NCBI GenBank assembly: GCA_965219995.1
Contig: CBDCOX010000002.1
Location: 4,960,001-5,024,000, forward strand
DNA from: Candidatus Latescibacterota bacterium
GTDB taxonomy: Bacteria > Latescibacterota > UBA2968 > GCA-2709665
Direction: 5' to 3'
DNA: 64,000 nt
Part shown: in pieces, positions 20,751-31,017 of the stretch
How the letters are laid out: every line of letters begins with the position of its first letter
How positions within the stretch are numbered: position 1 is the first letter of the stretch
Notes under the pieces: model-generated
What the model was told of the DNA's origin: nothing
The model's database searches: none
Seen by the model: the letters and a program-made list of their open reading frames with translations, nothing else
Position numbers and translations under genes: made by a program

Positions 20751-21330
20751 TGTGTATCCTTACTAATGATTACGCGAATCCACATATCCAGCGTAATGCG
20801 GTCACTCCATTTCGTTTAGTCGGCCCTGTTTTCATCTTTTTCTATCCCTCAGGAAGTCGTCTGCGAAAATTTTCGCATCGGGTTTTTCGACAACCTCCTC
20901 TACGTCTCTGCCACCGTCCACAAACGTCTCTTCGTCATTGGCGTCGTCCTTGCGTTGCACGACGTCCTGGATCATCTTGAGTGCGATTTTGTATTGCATT
21001 ACCTGTCTCCACAATAAATAAATAAAACTCACCTTTTGTCAACTATGACAACGCGTCCATGACGTTCACGTTTTCGCGGCGATTGCACACAGCAGTTTCG
21101 ACCATGAGCAAGATGTCGTTGACGCCGGTCCTGCCATCAGGCCCGAGCATCAGAGTACAAAGTTTGGGTGCTCCACACTTACCAGTCTTGCATTCTGGCA
21201 AGCATCAAGCACCCAATAACCAGAGGACCCGCATCTAATCTTGCGAAATCGATATGTCCAAAGACGGCGGATGACAAAGCAGTCAGAATCGCGACTGCTT
21301 TCGCGGCTTCACTTGAGCTGTAAGTGTAGC

Positions 21331-21681
21331 CTACTTTTTCTTCTTTTCTTTATCGTCGTCCTGTGTCTGTACTTCTGGCACCGGGTGCGGCTTGGGCGGG
21401 TACTGGGTGTGGCAACTCGCGCAGTTATTGATGACTCCCTGAAGGGAACCGACATTGGCGCCTACGATAGCCCCTCCCACGACCCCAACTACGCCACCTC
21501 CGGTAAGAGCGCCTCCCAAAGCGCCACCTCCGGTTCCCCACGCAACATCGCTGAAATATCCAATAGCAGGGCCAAGATGTGGTGCAATTCCTACCGCTTC
21601 CTCCTCTGCGTTCTCTTGCTGAGAGCTCGGAGGCGCCACGTACGTTGCATCCGGTTCGGCAGTAGCGAAATTAGACGACAT
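21331..21681 (-). CDS. Small glycine-zipper peptide (bacteriocin-like precursor) with CxxCH motif
   Basis: Strong SD (AAGGAG-7nt-ATG); acidic N-terminus, GGGALGGALTGGGVVGVVGGAIVGA core, CASCH, Pro-rich and charged tail; last gene of the export operon. Confidence 0.75.
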   Translation of the reverse strand: MSSNFATAEPDATYVAPPSSQQENAEEEAVGIAPHLGPAIGYFSDVAWGTGGGALGGALTGGGVVGVVGGAIVGANVGSLQGVINNCASCHTQYPPKPHPVPEVQTQDDDKEKKKK

Positions 21682-21720
21682 AGTTACGCTCCTTTCTCAA
21701 GAATTGAAGGGGACCTCTGA

Positions 21721-22470
21721 TTACAATAGCAAGTAACTTGCATATTGAAACATAACGACGTGGATCACATTTACTATTGAGTGACAAAAAAAGCTGGATG
21801 TGAGCGAGTCCGTTCGTTCTACAAGGAACGCCGCCAACATACCAAATAGAAATACAACGAAGAGACTCGCAGGATCCAACGAGTATTGGACGTGGTATGC
21901 TAGAAAGATAGTGGTCGAAGATAGACTTGAAATTGTACAACTACATCGCTTACGGAGAGTTCTATAAAGGATGCCGCGAAAGTACAACTCTTCTTGAAAT
22001 GGAACAACGAGACCGCGAACTATCAATTGAAAACCAAAGATCGCGTAAGTCAGTTTGGCGGGTAAATTGTCGATGTTTAACATCTTCCAGTTCCACAACA
22101 GAGAGATCAGGACCCCGGAAACTATGGCAAGAATGACGTATCCAACGCCATGAACCTGGATTCCCCACAATTCTCGAATCGATAAATCCACTTTTTTACA
22201 TTGCCATTTAAGAAACGCAATTGAGACTAATACAGTGGTCAGGAAGATGTAAGTTTGCAGAAGCATGACGATATCTTGGGATCCTAAGCCCCAACCGATG
22301 GCTTGATTAAAGTACGTTATTAGGAATCCAGACATTGCTCCAACGAAAAAGCTCATTAAAACGTAGAGAACCAGCCAAGACAATACACGTCCAATCGACC
22401 ACGCCGGTCCTTGTTGTTGCGTGACATCAGATCCCGACGCTTCATGCGTTTCAGTCTTTTTTTCGTTCAT
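21721..22470 (-). CDS. CPBP/Abi (type II CAAX) intramembrane protease
   Basis: Multi-TM with intact EELYFRG, FLAYH and HSIVN motifs. Start at ATG 22470 or upstream GTG 22587. Confidence 0.88.
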   Translation of the reverse strand: MNEKKTETHEASGSDVTQQQGPAWSIGRVLSWLVLYVLMSFFVGAMSGFLITYFNQAIGWGLGSQDIVMLLQTYIFLTTVLVSIAFLKWQCKKVDLSIRELWGIQVHGVGYVILAIVSGVLISLLWNWKMLNIDNLPAKLTYAIFGFQLIVRGLVVPFQEELYFRGILYRTLRKRCSCTISSLSSTTIFLAYHVQYSLDPASLFVVFLFGMLAAFLVERTDSLTSSFFCHSIVNVIHVVMFQYASYLLL

Positions 22471-22583
22471 TCGTCTATCCACTCGTCCGGTACCATTTGG
22501 CACAATGTCGTCCGTTCTGACGACATGTGTCTTGCAGTCTCTCGATAGTTGCCCATTTGATAAATCAGCACGGGGATTGATTG

Positions 22584-24299
22584 TCACATGCTCGCAGTTC
22601 GCTCATACAATTGGGCATAAGCCCCCTCCTGGGTGATTAGTTGCTCGTGCGTACCTTCCTCAACCAATTGACCTTCATCCAATACCACAATCTTATCAGC
22701 TTTTTGAATGGTCGATAATCGGTGTGCAATGATAATGGTGGTCCTGCCCTCTTTCACTGTTTTTAGTGCCTCTTGGATATGGTATTCCGAATCCATATCT
22801 AATGCTGCAGTCGGTTCGTCTAAAATCAGAATTGGTGTGTCCATAATCAACACACGTGCCAACGCAATTCGTTGTTTCTGTCCCTCTGACATTTGTACAC
22901 CGTGTTCGCCGATCAGAGTTTCATAACCGTCAGGTAAAGATGCGATATAATCGTGAATATGGGCCATGCGTGCTGCGATTTCTATATCATACATTAAGGC
23001 TTCTTGTCCAAAGGTTAAATTGTCTCGAATACTTCCCTGAAACAACGTGCTACCTTGCATTGCAAAACCGATTTGATGCCGAATTGATTTCAAACGCAAA
23101 CGCCGGATATTATATCCATCAATAGAGACGTGACCTTCTTGAGGATCATAAAATCGAGGAATCAATTTAGCCAATGTCGACTTGCCCGACCCACTTTTGC
23201 CCACTAAGGCGACCGTTGTATGCATAGGAATCTGTAAATTTAAGTGATGCAACACAGGTTGGTTATCCTGATAAGCAAACGTGACGTTGTGGAAATAAAT
23301 CTCACCTTGAACTGGCGGTAAGGTTGGCAAATCCTCTCGATCTTGAACTGTCGGTTTCAAATTATAAATTTCAAAGAACCGATTAATGTGTACCAAGGCC
23401 ATTTCAACTTGCCCTACGAGGCCGATCAGATTTCCAATTGGGCCATATAGATAACCCACATAACCAGAGAAGGCCATGTAAGAACCCAGGGAGAGTTCAC
23501 CCTTTAATACCTGAGTCCATCCATACCAACCATAGGCCAACGTTCCAGCGGTCGTTATGAATGTTCCGATATAGCTGAATCCACCACTCAAGTGTGTTGA
23601 TCGAACACGTAATTTTGAAACCTTAGTAAATACATCTCTCATTTTATGATAAAAAGCAGTCTCCAACCCCAATGCCTGAACGGTACGAATACCGGAAAGT
23701 GATTCAAATGAGACAGCGGAAGATTCGGCCGAGGCTTCTGTTACTTTTTGTGACGCTCTACTGAGATGTTTCTTGGAGATCATAACCAGCAGGGTATCGA
23801 AGGGCAATACAGCTAATGAAATCAAAGCCAATTTCCAATTAATGTAGAGTAGAATTGGTGGAAAAATAAATAACTGGATTGAATTCATTATGAGACTATT
23901 TACCAGTGAAATAGTGCTATTAACAGAATTATCTAAATCTCTGAAACGAGACAAAATTTCACCTGTTTGTCTATTATCAAAAAAGCTAAAATCCAACGAT
24001 TGAATGTGCGAATAGAAACGCGATTTAAAATCGAGGCTCATATTCACACCCACATAAGCTGCAAAATAAGCACTCAGTGTTTGTGTGAGACCTAGTCCCA
24101 AGGAGAGCACAGCACCTAAAATCAATATAAACGTCATTAGGGTAAAATCTCTGTGCGGAAACACATCGTCAATTAAAACCTTAGTGATATACGGTCCAGG
24201 GATCTGCAATAACATTATCAACAAACCGACCAGGAGAGTTTGTGAAATAAACTTCCAATAGGGACGTAGTAGTTTTATGATTTCAATTATCTGCTTCAT
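22584..24299 (-). CDS. ABC exporter (TMD plus NBD), T1SS/bacteriocin type, no C39 peptidase domain
   Basis: FFDNRQTGEILSRF, GKSGSGKST, signature variant MSEGQ, ILDEPT, IAHRLST. Confidence 0.9.
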   Translation of the reverse strand: MKQIIEIIKLLRPYWKFISQTLLVGLLIMLLQIPGPYITKVLIDDVFPHRDFTLMTFILILGAVLSLGLGLTQTLSAYFAAYVGVNMSLDFKSRFYSHIQSLDFSFFDNRQTGEILSRFRDLDNSVNSTISLVNSLIMNSIQLFIFPPILLYINWKLALISLAVLPFDTLLVMISKKHLSRASQKVTEASAESSAVSFESLSGIRTVQALGLETAFYHKMRDVFTKVSKLRVRSTHLSGGFSYIGTFITTAGTLAYGWYGWTQVLKGELSLGSYMAFSGYVGYLYGPIGNLIGLVGQVEMALVHINRFFEIYNLKPTVQDREDLPTLPPVQGEIYFHNVTFAYQDNQPVLHHLNLQIPMHTTVALVGKSGSGKSTLAKLIPRFYDPQEGHVSIDGYNIRRLRLKSIRHQIGFAMQGSTLFQGSIRDNLTFGQEALMYDIEIAARMAHIHDYIASLPDGYETLIGEHGVQMSEGQKQRIALARVLIMDTPILILDEPTAALDMDSEYHIQEALKTVKEGRTTIIIAHRLSTIQKADKIVVLDEGQLVEEGTHEQLITQEGAYAQLYERTASM

Positions 24300-25560
24300 C
24301 TGTTTCTAATTGATATATCCCAGGTCGCTCTATACGACCGATCGTTTTCAGGAATTTCTTCCAAAGCAATTCCGCAATTGGGCCTCGCTCTATAACAATC
24401 TTAGCCCCAACTCCCATACCATAAGCGAGCGAATAGGTCTTCGTACCATCTGTAACTACTGGATCCTCAACTTGCACCTTTATCGGATAACGAGCACTCG
24501 CGGTATTTGTCGGCGAAACACCTGCGCCCATGGGCGTCGTTGGTTCAGGTTTTCTCGGAACATCAGTTACAGTGCCCTCGAAAACCTTATACTGCATATG
24601 TGGGAAAGCGTCTATGTATAAACGGGCAATTTGTCCAATCTTGATCTTTGGAATATCTACTTCCTGTATCATCACCAACGCCTGCCACCCACTCAATTCC
24701 GCCAGTTCTAATACAGCCTCGCCTGCCGTGACGTGATCCCCTACCCTTTTGTCCAGGTCACGGGTTAACACGGTCCCGGAGACGGGCGCGTGGATATTCA
24801 TCTGCTCCAGATGCGTCTTCAGGAGACGATACCGAACCCGAAGGTTGCGGTATATCTGTTTCAATTCATTCAATTCCTGTTTACGACTATCAAGCGCGGC
24901 CAGGCGTCGTTTGGCGTGCTCGATTTCTACATTGGCCTTTTGTAGTTTTATTTTGTGCTCTCGCATTGGGATAAGCTTATCGATTGGGTGTTCGAAATCT
25001 TCATGTTTGTGGAAGGGCAATACTGAGTGATAGAATTCGAACTCAACACGTGCTCTTTCCATGTGTAATTTCTCGGTGTCCCGTTCAGTTTCAGCTCTCG
25101 CAATATCCATTTCAATGATCGCCCTTTCGCGGCCCAATTCTATCGGCAAAGCGGCACGCCGAATCTCATTCAGTTTCAGTTCATTCTCAATCTGCTCCAG
25201 TTCATTGCGCAGGTCGGTGTCATCCAGGGTCAGCAATAGAGTGCCCTTTGTGACGTCCTGCCCGTGATTTACAAGAACGGTCTTGATCAAACCGGGCCGT
25301 CGAGACTTGACGATTTCTCGTGAGGTTGGCTGCATGTGACCCTGCCCCTTTACCGTCACGTCCATTCCCAAATGCCAGCCCAGCAGAACCGTGAGCCCGA
25401 CCATACATCCCACAACGCACAGAATGGCGAGCAGGAAAAAGCGCACGAATCGAAAACCAATGCCTGAGGTCGAAAGTACTTCTTGGGCATCAGAACCTTC
25501 GAGTGATTCAGCATCCTTAGAACGTCCCTCGTACGGATTCGTCGGTTCGCCTGAGGTCAT
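24283..25560 (-). CDS. HlyD-family membrane fusion protein
   Basis: N-terminal TM, lipoyl halves (V.HGQDV.KG.LL.LD; IHAPVSGTV), long coiled coil, C-terminal YGMG..AKI. Confidence 0.9.
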   Translation of the reverse strand: MTSGEPTNPYEGRSKDAESLEGSDAQEVLSTSGIGFRFVRFFLLAILCVVGCMVGLTVLLGWHLGMDVTVKGQGHMQPTSREIVKSRRPGLIKTVLVNHGQDVTKGTLLLTLDDTDLRNELEQIENELKLNEIRRAALPIELGRERAIIEMDIARAETERDTEKLHMERARVEFEFYHSVLPFHKHEDFEHPIDKLIPMREHKIKLQKANVEIEHAKRRLAALDSRKQELNELKQIYRNLRVRYRLLKTHLEQMNIHAPVSGTVLTRDLDKRVGDHVTAGEAVLELAELSGWQALVMIQEVDIPKIKIGQIARLYIDAFPHMQYKVFEGTVTDVPRKPEPTTPMGAGVSPTNTASARYPIKVQVEDPVVTDGTKTYSLAYGMGVGAKIVIERGPIAELLWKKFLKTIGRIERPGIYQLETDEADN

Positions 25561-25635
25561 TGAAGCATCACCGGACGTGGCGTGCGGAAGATAGGTTGTG
25601 CATCCTTGAGGAAGCCCGGCAAGCCGATATAACGG

Positions 25636-26379
25636 TCAGCGAAGTGTGTCGCCGGTATCAGACTCTCGAGGCCCGTCCTTCTTGAAATATCGCTTTCGGT
25701 ATTCGCCCGGTGAAATGCCATGAATGCGTTTGAATGCTTCGTGAAGTCGTGTAGAGGAACGGAACCCACAGGCGACCGCGATTTCCTTCATATACATTCG
25801 TGTTTCGGTGACAAATTGCACGGCCTGCGCAATCCTGATCTCTCTCAGTTTTTCCAGAAATGACTTTCCGAAATGCTGCTGGAACAGCCTGCAGCCGTAT
25901 GACCGCGAGAACCGGAGTTTGCGCATGAGGTCTCCGAAACTCAGGTCCGGATTGCCGAAATTATCATTCAGATACGACTCCAACCACGACTTCCAATGAT
26001 CTTGCGAGTCCTCAGACCCCTCTTGTGTCTCCTGTAATTTCTCAGCGTTCCCGGCCTCTTCCAACGTACCAATTGCATCAAACTCGTGCGGCTCTTCTGT
26101 CAGATCCAGAAGCTCTACCGATTGGACGAGGAGTAACCTGGCCTCGATTTTTCTTGAATTCGACATCTTCAGTCCTGTTAAACCATGCAAATTTCGCAGC
26201 TGCAAGTCAGCGGTTCCAACACCAGGTTTTCCCTTCGGTGGAATCTTGAGTCCAACCGTTCCAGTCTGCACAAAGAGTATCTCATACGGGCCTTCTTTCA
26301 AGAATTCCTCAAGTACCGACCTGACAGCCGGATCGCCTTCTATAATGAGAGTCTTGTAAGGTCCTTTATCGCGCGCCAT
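25636..26379 (-). CDS. Response-regulator-like protein with AraC HTH
   Basis: Degenerate REC N-terminus (LIIEGDP; ADLQL) and AraC C-terminus (EIAVACGF...FKRIHGISPGEYRK). Confidence 0.85.
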   Translation of the reverse strand: MARDKGPYKTLIIEGDPAVRSVLEEFLKEGPYEILFVQTGTVGLKIPPKGKPGVGTADLQLRNLHGLTGLKMSNSRKIEARLLLVQSVELLDLTEEPHEFDAIGTLEEAGNAEKLQETQEGSEDSQDHWKSWLESYLNDNFGNPDLSFGDLMRKLRFSRSYGCRLFQQHFGKSFLEKLREIRIAQAVQFVTETRMYMKEIAVACGFRSSTRLHEAFKRIHGISPGEYRKRYFKKDGPRESDTGDTLR

Positions 26380-27530
26380 CAGAACGTGACTTCTCGGTCG
26401 ATCCCTTCCCTAAATGACGACTCCCGCGCGATAGTTCTCAGGACCATTGCCGATCCATAATCGACATCAAATGTCAAAGGTTCATTTTGATTGAATGGAC
26501 GGACCCCTGACTGCTGTTCCATTTACGAACATTATAATACCTTACAATCTTCAGTCGCAAATCAATAAGAATCCTTATATATGTCATTTATTCCGCACAT
26601 GTACACTTTCTCGCTCAATTCACTTCGCCGTGAATGGGAATGTCTCCAAATTTCGATGAACGACAGTGGACGTCTGGTATATTATTACCGGGAGCAGCAA
26701 ATAGTGGGCAGTGGTCAGGAAGAGCAGGCGCCCGCTTCCATTTATTCTCAGGATCGGCAAATAGTCGACACGCAGACCCCACGAAAGAAGAGTGGAAAGA
26801 TGTAAACGATAGGGTGCTCCCTGTAACATTTCGACCGGAAAGCGTAGGTGCGATGAGGTACACAACCGGGTACGTTGCGCCGCGCGCAGAGCGATGTTCG
26901 AAATGCGTAGAACAGGATCTCCTTTAGATTCTGCCAGTTAACCAATCTCGGACATGCAGGGGTAGCAGTGTCGGGGGTGGGGCCTGGCGGAGATTGGATG
27001 ACTGGCTCCGTGAGGCGTCCTTCACTTCCCGCAATTTTCATACCAGAAATCAGCGGTAAATGATGGGGGCCTCACAGAAACACCCCACCGAAACTCGCTA
27101 ATTCCAGGCACACGGTTCGCTAACCCCGTGGGCGAATTTTATACAATCGTGGTGAATGGATTTACGGAAGGCGTACGGGTGGGTCAGCGGAGGTAAAAGG
27201 GTCTCGGAGGCATACGACCGTAGGGAAGATTACGCGGGGAAATGACCGTGTCAGCCATCGCCGGCCCTTCGACCACCTTTCGACACCCTTCGACAAGCTC
27301 CGGGCACCGGCTCAGGGATCGGCTCGGCTTCTGCGACTCCCCCTCAAGGGGGGAGTGATTAAACCGTTGAACTGTCGCGCGATTCCACTTGCGCCCATTT
27401 GGTTGCGGCTGAGCAGAGCGAAGCCGCGACAGGTTAACGACCCGAAATCCCGTCATTCGCCCATGTTCCTGTCCGGGTTCGTCGCATTCAGGGCTTGACT
27501 TTGTATGGGGCCGGGCACATTATCTTCCGT

Positions 27531-28688
27531 ATGGGAAACGCCGGGTCGACGGTTGACGTAGTCGTGGCCGGGCTGGGCGCAATGGGCAGCGCGGCGGTCT
27601 ATCATCTGGCAAAACGCGGAGTGCGGGTGGCCGGCTTCGACCGCTATCGTCCGCCGCACACGCATGGCTCGTCGCACGGATACGCACGGGTGATCCGCGA
27701 GGCCTACGCCAGCGGACCCGCGTACGTAAAACTGGTCCGGCGCGCTTACGCGCTGTGGGAAAGCCTGGCGGACGAAAGCGGCATGGAGCTGGTCAGGACC
27801 TACGGCCATCTGTCCATGCGGCCGCCGGGCGGGGCCGAACGCCTGGGTGTCCTGGAAAGCGCCCGTGCGTTCAATATTCCGGTCGAACAGGTCCCGGCGA
27901 AAGAGGTGCGCAGGCGGTATCCCATGTTTCGGGTGGATGACGGCTGGGAGGGCATCTTCGAGCCGCGGGCGGGCGCCGTCTTTCCCGAAGCCTGCGTAGA
28001 TGCGCACCTGAGTCTGGCGGAATCGGCAGGGGCGGCGTTGAACTTCGATTGCCCGGTCCAGGACTGGACGCCCGATGGAAGCGCGGTGCGGGTGAAATCG
28101 AAGTCCGGTGAAATCTCGGCGGGCAGGCTCGTCGTCTGTGCGGGCGCCTGGGTCTCCCGGCTCGTGGCGGATCTGGCGCTTCCGGTCGAAATCGAGCGGA
28201 TGACGCTGTTTTTCTTTCGGCCGCTGCGGAACCCGGAGATGTTCGCGTCCGGGTGCTGTCCCAACAACACCTGGGTATGTGAGGACGGGGTTTCGTTTTA
28301 CTGCCAGCCGGATTTCGGACGGGGTTTCAAGGCGGCATTGCACTGCGGACGTGCGGGCGTAGACCCCGAAACGCTGGATCGGACGACCACCCCGGAGGAT
28401 GAGGCGGAGATTCGCCCGCTGGTGGAGAGATTTATCCCCGACGCCGCGGGACCCGTTGTCGAGAGCCACGTCTGCATGTACACGAATCTTCCGGATACGC
28501 GGTGGATCGTGGATTATCATCCCGACGTCGAGCAGGTGATCATTGCCTCGCCCTGCTCGGGGCACGGGTTCAAGTTCTCATCCGCAATCGGGGAGATTCT
28601 GGCGAATATGTGTACTGGCGAAGCCGACGAGCCGGACCGGGAGATGTTCGGCATCGCGCCGCTTCTGGCCGGGGGACCACGGACATGA
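27531..28688 (+). CDS. solA: N-methyl-L-tryptophan oxidase / monomeric sarcosine oxidase family
   Basis: GLGAMGS, GSSHG..RVIR.AY, CMYT..PD, CSGHGFKF. Confidence 0.85.
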   Translation: MGNAGSTVDVVVAGLGAMGSAAVYHLAKRGVRVAGFDRYRPPHTHGSSHGYARVIREAYASGPAYVKLVRRAYALWESLADESGMELVRTYGHLSMRPPGGAERLGVLESARAFNIPVEQVPAKEVRRRYPMFRVDDGWEGIFEPRAGAVFPEACVDAHLSLAESAGAALNFDCPVQDWTPDGSAVRVKSKSGEISAGRLVVCAGAWVSRLVADLALPVEIERMTLFFFRPLRNPEMFASGCCPNNTWVCEDGVSFYCQPDFGRGFKAALHCGRAGVDPETLDRTTTPEDEAEIRPLVERFIPDAAGPVVESHVCMYTNLPDTRWIVDYHPDVEQVIIASPCSGHGFKFSSAIGEILANMCTGEADEPDREMFGIAPLLAGGPRT

Positions 28689-29656
28689 CGATTCAGGACC
28701 ACGTATCCTGGGCTGATTTCAACGATGACACGCTTCGGTTTTCGCGCGCGATCGGGGCGGACATGATCTGCCTGGATATCCGCGCGATGCACAGGCTGGA
28801 TCCGACGATGGATCTGCGCGACGGCAGGGACAGTCGCCCGTTCTTCGAAGCGGCGAAAGAGAAGGTGGAAGCCCACGGGATGGCGTTGTACAGCATCTTT
28901 ATGGCCGGGTGGGACGAACTGGCGTTCGGCCTTCCCGATCGCGACGACAAGCTCGACGCATGGTGCCGCATGCTGCAGTGTATGGGCGAGGCGGGCATAC
29001 CCGCGCTGGGGTACAACTTCAAACCGATGGGCAACTTCCGCACGCCCTCTGTGCCGCCTGGCCGGGGCGGGTCCGTATACAGCACGTTCGATTACGAGAC
29101 GTTCTCACGGAACAGGCCCCAACCCCGGGATCCTCCGGTCGACGAAGCGGAGATCTGGGCGAACATGAGGGTTTTCCTGGAGGGCGCGGTACCGGCGGCC
29201 GAGAGGGCGGGGGTGAAGATGGCGCTCCACCCGGACGACCCGCCCATTCCGGAACCGCTTGGCGGCGTTGCCCAGATCGTGTCCACGCTGGACCACTATC
29301 GGCGGATCTTCGCGGCCGCGCCGGGCGACAGCAACGGGATGCTGTTCTGCCAGGGCTGCGTGACCGAAATGGGCGTCGACGTGTATGAAACCATCCGCGA
29401 GATGGGGCTTCGCAACAAGATCGTATTCGTGCATTTCAGAAACGTGCGCGGGGCCCTGCCCAGTTTCCAGGAGGTGTTTCTGGAAGAGGGCGACGTGAAT
29501 ATGCGCAGGGCGATGGAGGTCTACAGGGAGGTCGGGTTCAACGGTCCATTCATGATGGATCACACGCCGGGTATCCCGGGAGACGTTCAATCCAGGGCCG
29601 GGCACGCCTACGCCGTGGGATACATCCGCGCATTGATACAGACGGTCTATGGGTAG
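28685..29656 (+). CDS. Mannonate dehydratase-like (UxuA family), copy 1
   Basis: YNFKP, ALHPDDPP, FCQGC, FVHFRNV, MMDHTP. Confidence 0.85.
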   Translation: MTIQDHVSWADFNDDTLRFSRAIGADMICLDIRAMHRLDPTMDLRDGRDSRPFFEAAKEKVEAHGMALYSIFMAGWDELAFGLPDRDDKLDAWCRMLQCMGEAGIPALGYNFKPMGNFRTPSVPPGRGGSVYSTFDYETFSRNRPQPRDPPVDEAEIWANMRVFLEGAVPAAERAGVKMALHPDDPPIPEPLGGVAQIVSTLDHYRRIFAAAPGDSNGMLFCQGCVTEMGVDVYETIREMGLRNKIVFVHFRNVRGALPSFQEVFLEEGDVNMRRAMEVYREVGFNGPFMMDHTPGIPGDVQSRAGHAYAVGYIRALIQTVYG

Positions 29657-30014
29657 ACGGGAGACGTTAGACTGTAGATGATATGACTGCCCTAAAGGCG
29701 GGGAGACGTTAGACGTAAGAGGGGAGATGATGTGAGTGCCCTGAAGGCGGGTAGAGGGAAGACGTTAGACGGGAGATTCCGTGAGTACCCTAAAAGCGGG
29801 GAGACGTTAGACGGAAGACGGGAGAGATTGTCCGCCGCGTCCGGTTTCACTTTTTGCCGCAGGCATAAAGGAAAAACCAAAAGGGCAAAGACGTCATCTA
29901 CCGTCTCACGTCTACCCTCTCACCGGTTTTATTGCCCGGTGCGGTTTCATTTCTTGCCAACGGCATAACGGAATAAACAATCCGGCAAGGACGTCCTCTC
30001 CCGTCTCACCGCCT
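29651..30014. repeat. Mosaic intergenic element (4 tandem left arms, 2 core plus right-arm units)
   Basis: Roughly 45-bp units GGCGG.GAGACGTTAGACG..AGA.GGGAGA..GTGAGTGCCCT repeated; two cores with TGCC-NNN-GGCA. Confidence 0.88.
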
Positions 30015-30063
30015 CTCGAAAGTGGCGAGACTTCTCGGTGTCATAAACTGGAGGTAAATTACT

Positions 30064-31017
30064 ATGTATATACAGGAACAGCTTCCGTGGGACCAGATCA
30101 ACGACGATACGCTGAGCTTTTTCAAGGCGATCGGGGTGGATTATCTGACGGTGAACGCCATACCGCCGGACGTCCGCCAGGGCAGGGACCGTACGGAACT
30201 CTGGAGGGACCTTAAGACGCTGGCCGAATCCCACGGGTTGAAGCTCACGAACCTGGCGGCAACCGGATGGGACGAAATCTCGCTTGCCCTCGACGACCGC
30301 GACGAGAAGATCGACGCATGGTGCCAGCTCTTGAGAAGTATGGGCGAGGTCGGCATTCCAACGCTGGGGTACAATTTCAAACCCGCGGGAAATTTCCGAA
30401 CCGAGTCCGTACCTCCCGGCCGGGGCGGCGCCCGGTACAGTACGTTCGATTACGAGAAATTTATGGTCGATCCGCCGTACTATCCTGACAAGGCGATCTC
30501 CGAGGAGAAGATCCTGGAGAATATCCGGTATTTCCTGGAACGCGTGATCCCGGTGGCGGAAGAGAACAACGTTCGCATGGCGCTGCACCCCGACGACCCG
30601 CCGATTCCGGAACCTATGGCCGGCGCTGCCAGGATCGTATCCACCCTGGAACAATATCATCACATTTTCGATATGGTCCCCAGCCATAGCAATGCCATGT
30701 TGTTCTGCCAGGGCTGCGTCGCGGAGATGGACGAGGATGTATGCGGCGCGATCCGGGATATTGGGGGCCGGGGCAAAATCGTCTACGTGCATTTCAGGAA
30801 TATCCGGGGCGGATCCAGGAGCTTTCAGGAGGTCTTCGTGGACGAGGGAGACCAGGACATGTACGAGGCGATGCGGACCTACAAGGAAGTGGGTTTCGAG
30901 GGACCGTTCATGATGGATCATACGCCCGGCTTCCCGAACACGGATTCCACGTTCTGGGGAGGGCGCGCGTTTGTGGTGGGGTATATGAGGGCGTTGATCC
31001 AGGCGGTCTATCGTTGA
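30064..31017 (+). CDS. Mannonate dehydratase-like (UxuA family), copy 2
   Basis: Same motifs as copy 1; clear tandem paralog. Confidence 0.85.
   Translation: MYIQEQLPWDQINDDTLSFFKAIGVDYLTVNAIPPDVRQGRDRTELWRDLKTLAESHGLKLTNLAATGWDEISLALDDRDEKIDAWCQLLRSMGEVGIPTLGYNFKPAGNFRTESVPPGRGGARYSTFDYEKFMVDPPYYPDKAISEEKILENIRYFLERVIPVAEENNVRMALHPDDPPIPEPMAGAARIVSTLEQYHHIFDMVPSHSNAMLFCQGCVAEMDEDVCGAIRDIGGRGKIVYVHFRNIRGGSRSFQEVFVDEGDQDMYEAMRTYKEVGFEGPFMMDHTPGFPNTDSTFWGGRAFVVGYMRALIQAVYR

Noticed and set aside
20832-21032. Short acidic ORF (MQYKIALK...) as a second precursor peptide
   Set aside because: Only a weak SD and no similarity to the glycine-zipper peptide; not excluded but unsupported.
26581-27041. 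Short overlapping ORFs at the island's right edge, one ending in CSKC
   Set aside because: No recognisable domain or clear ribosome-binding site; possibly gene debris.
27260-27440. Hairpin-rich region as a riboswitch or ncRNA upstream of solA
   Set aside because: Consists of REP-like palindromes; no riboswitch consensus recognised.
29651-29830. Four tandem units of about 45 bp resembling a CRISPR array
   Set aside because: Units are degenerate, have no unique spacers, are built of heptamers, and no cas genes are present.
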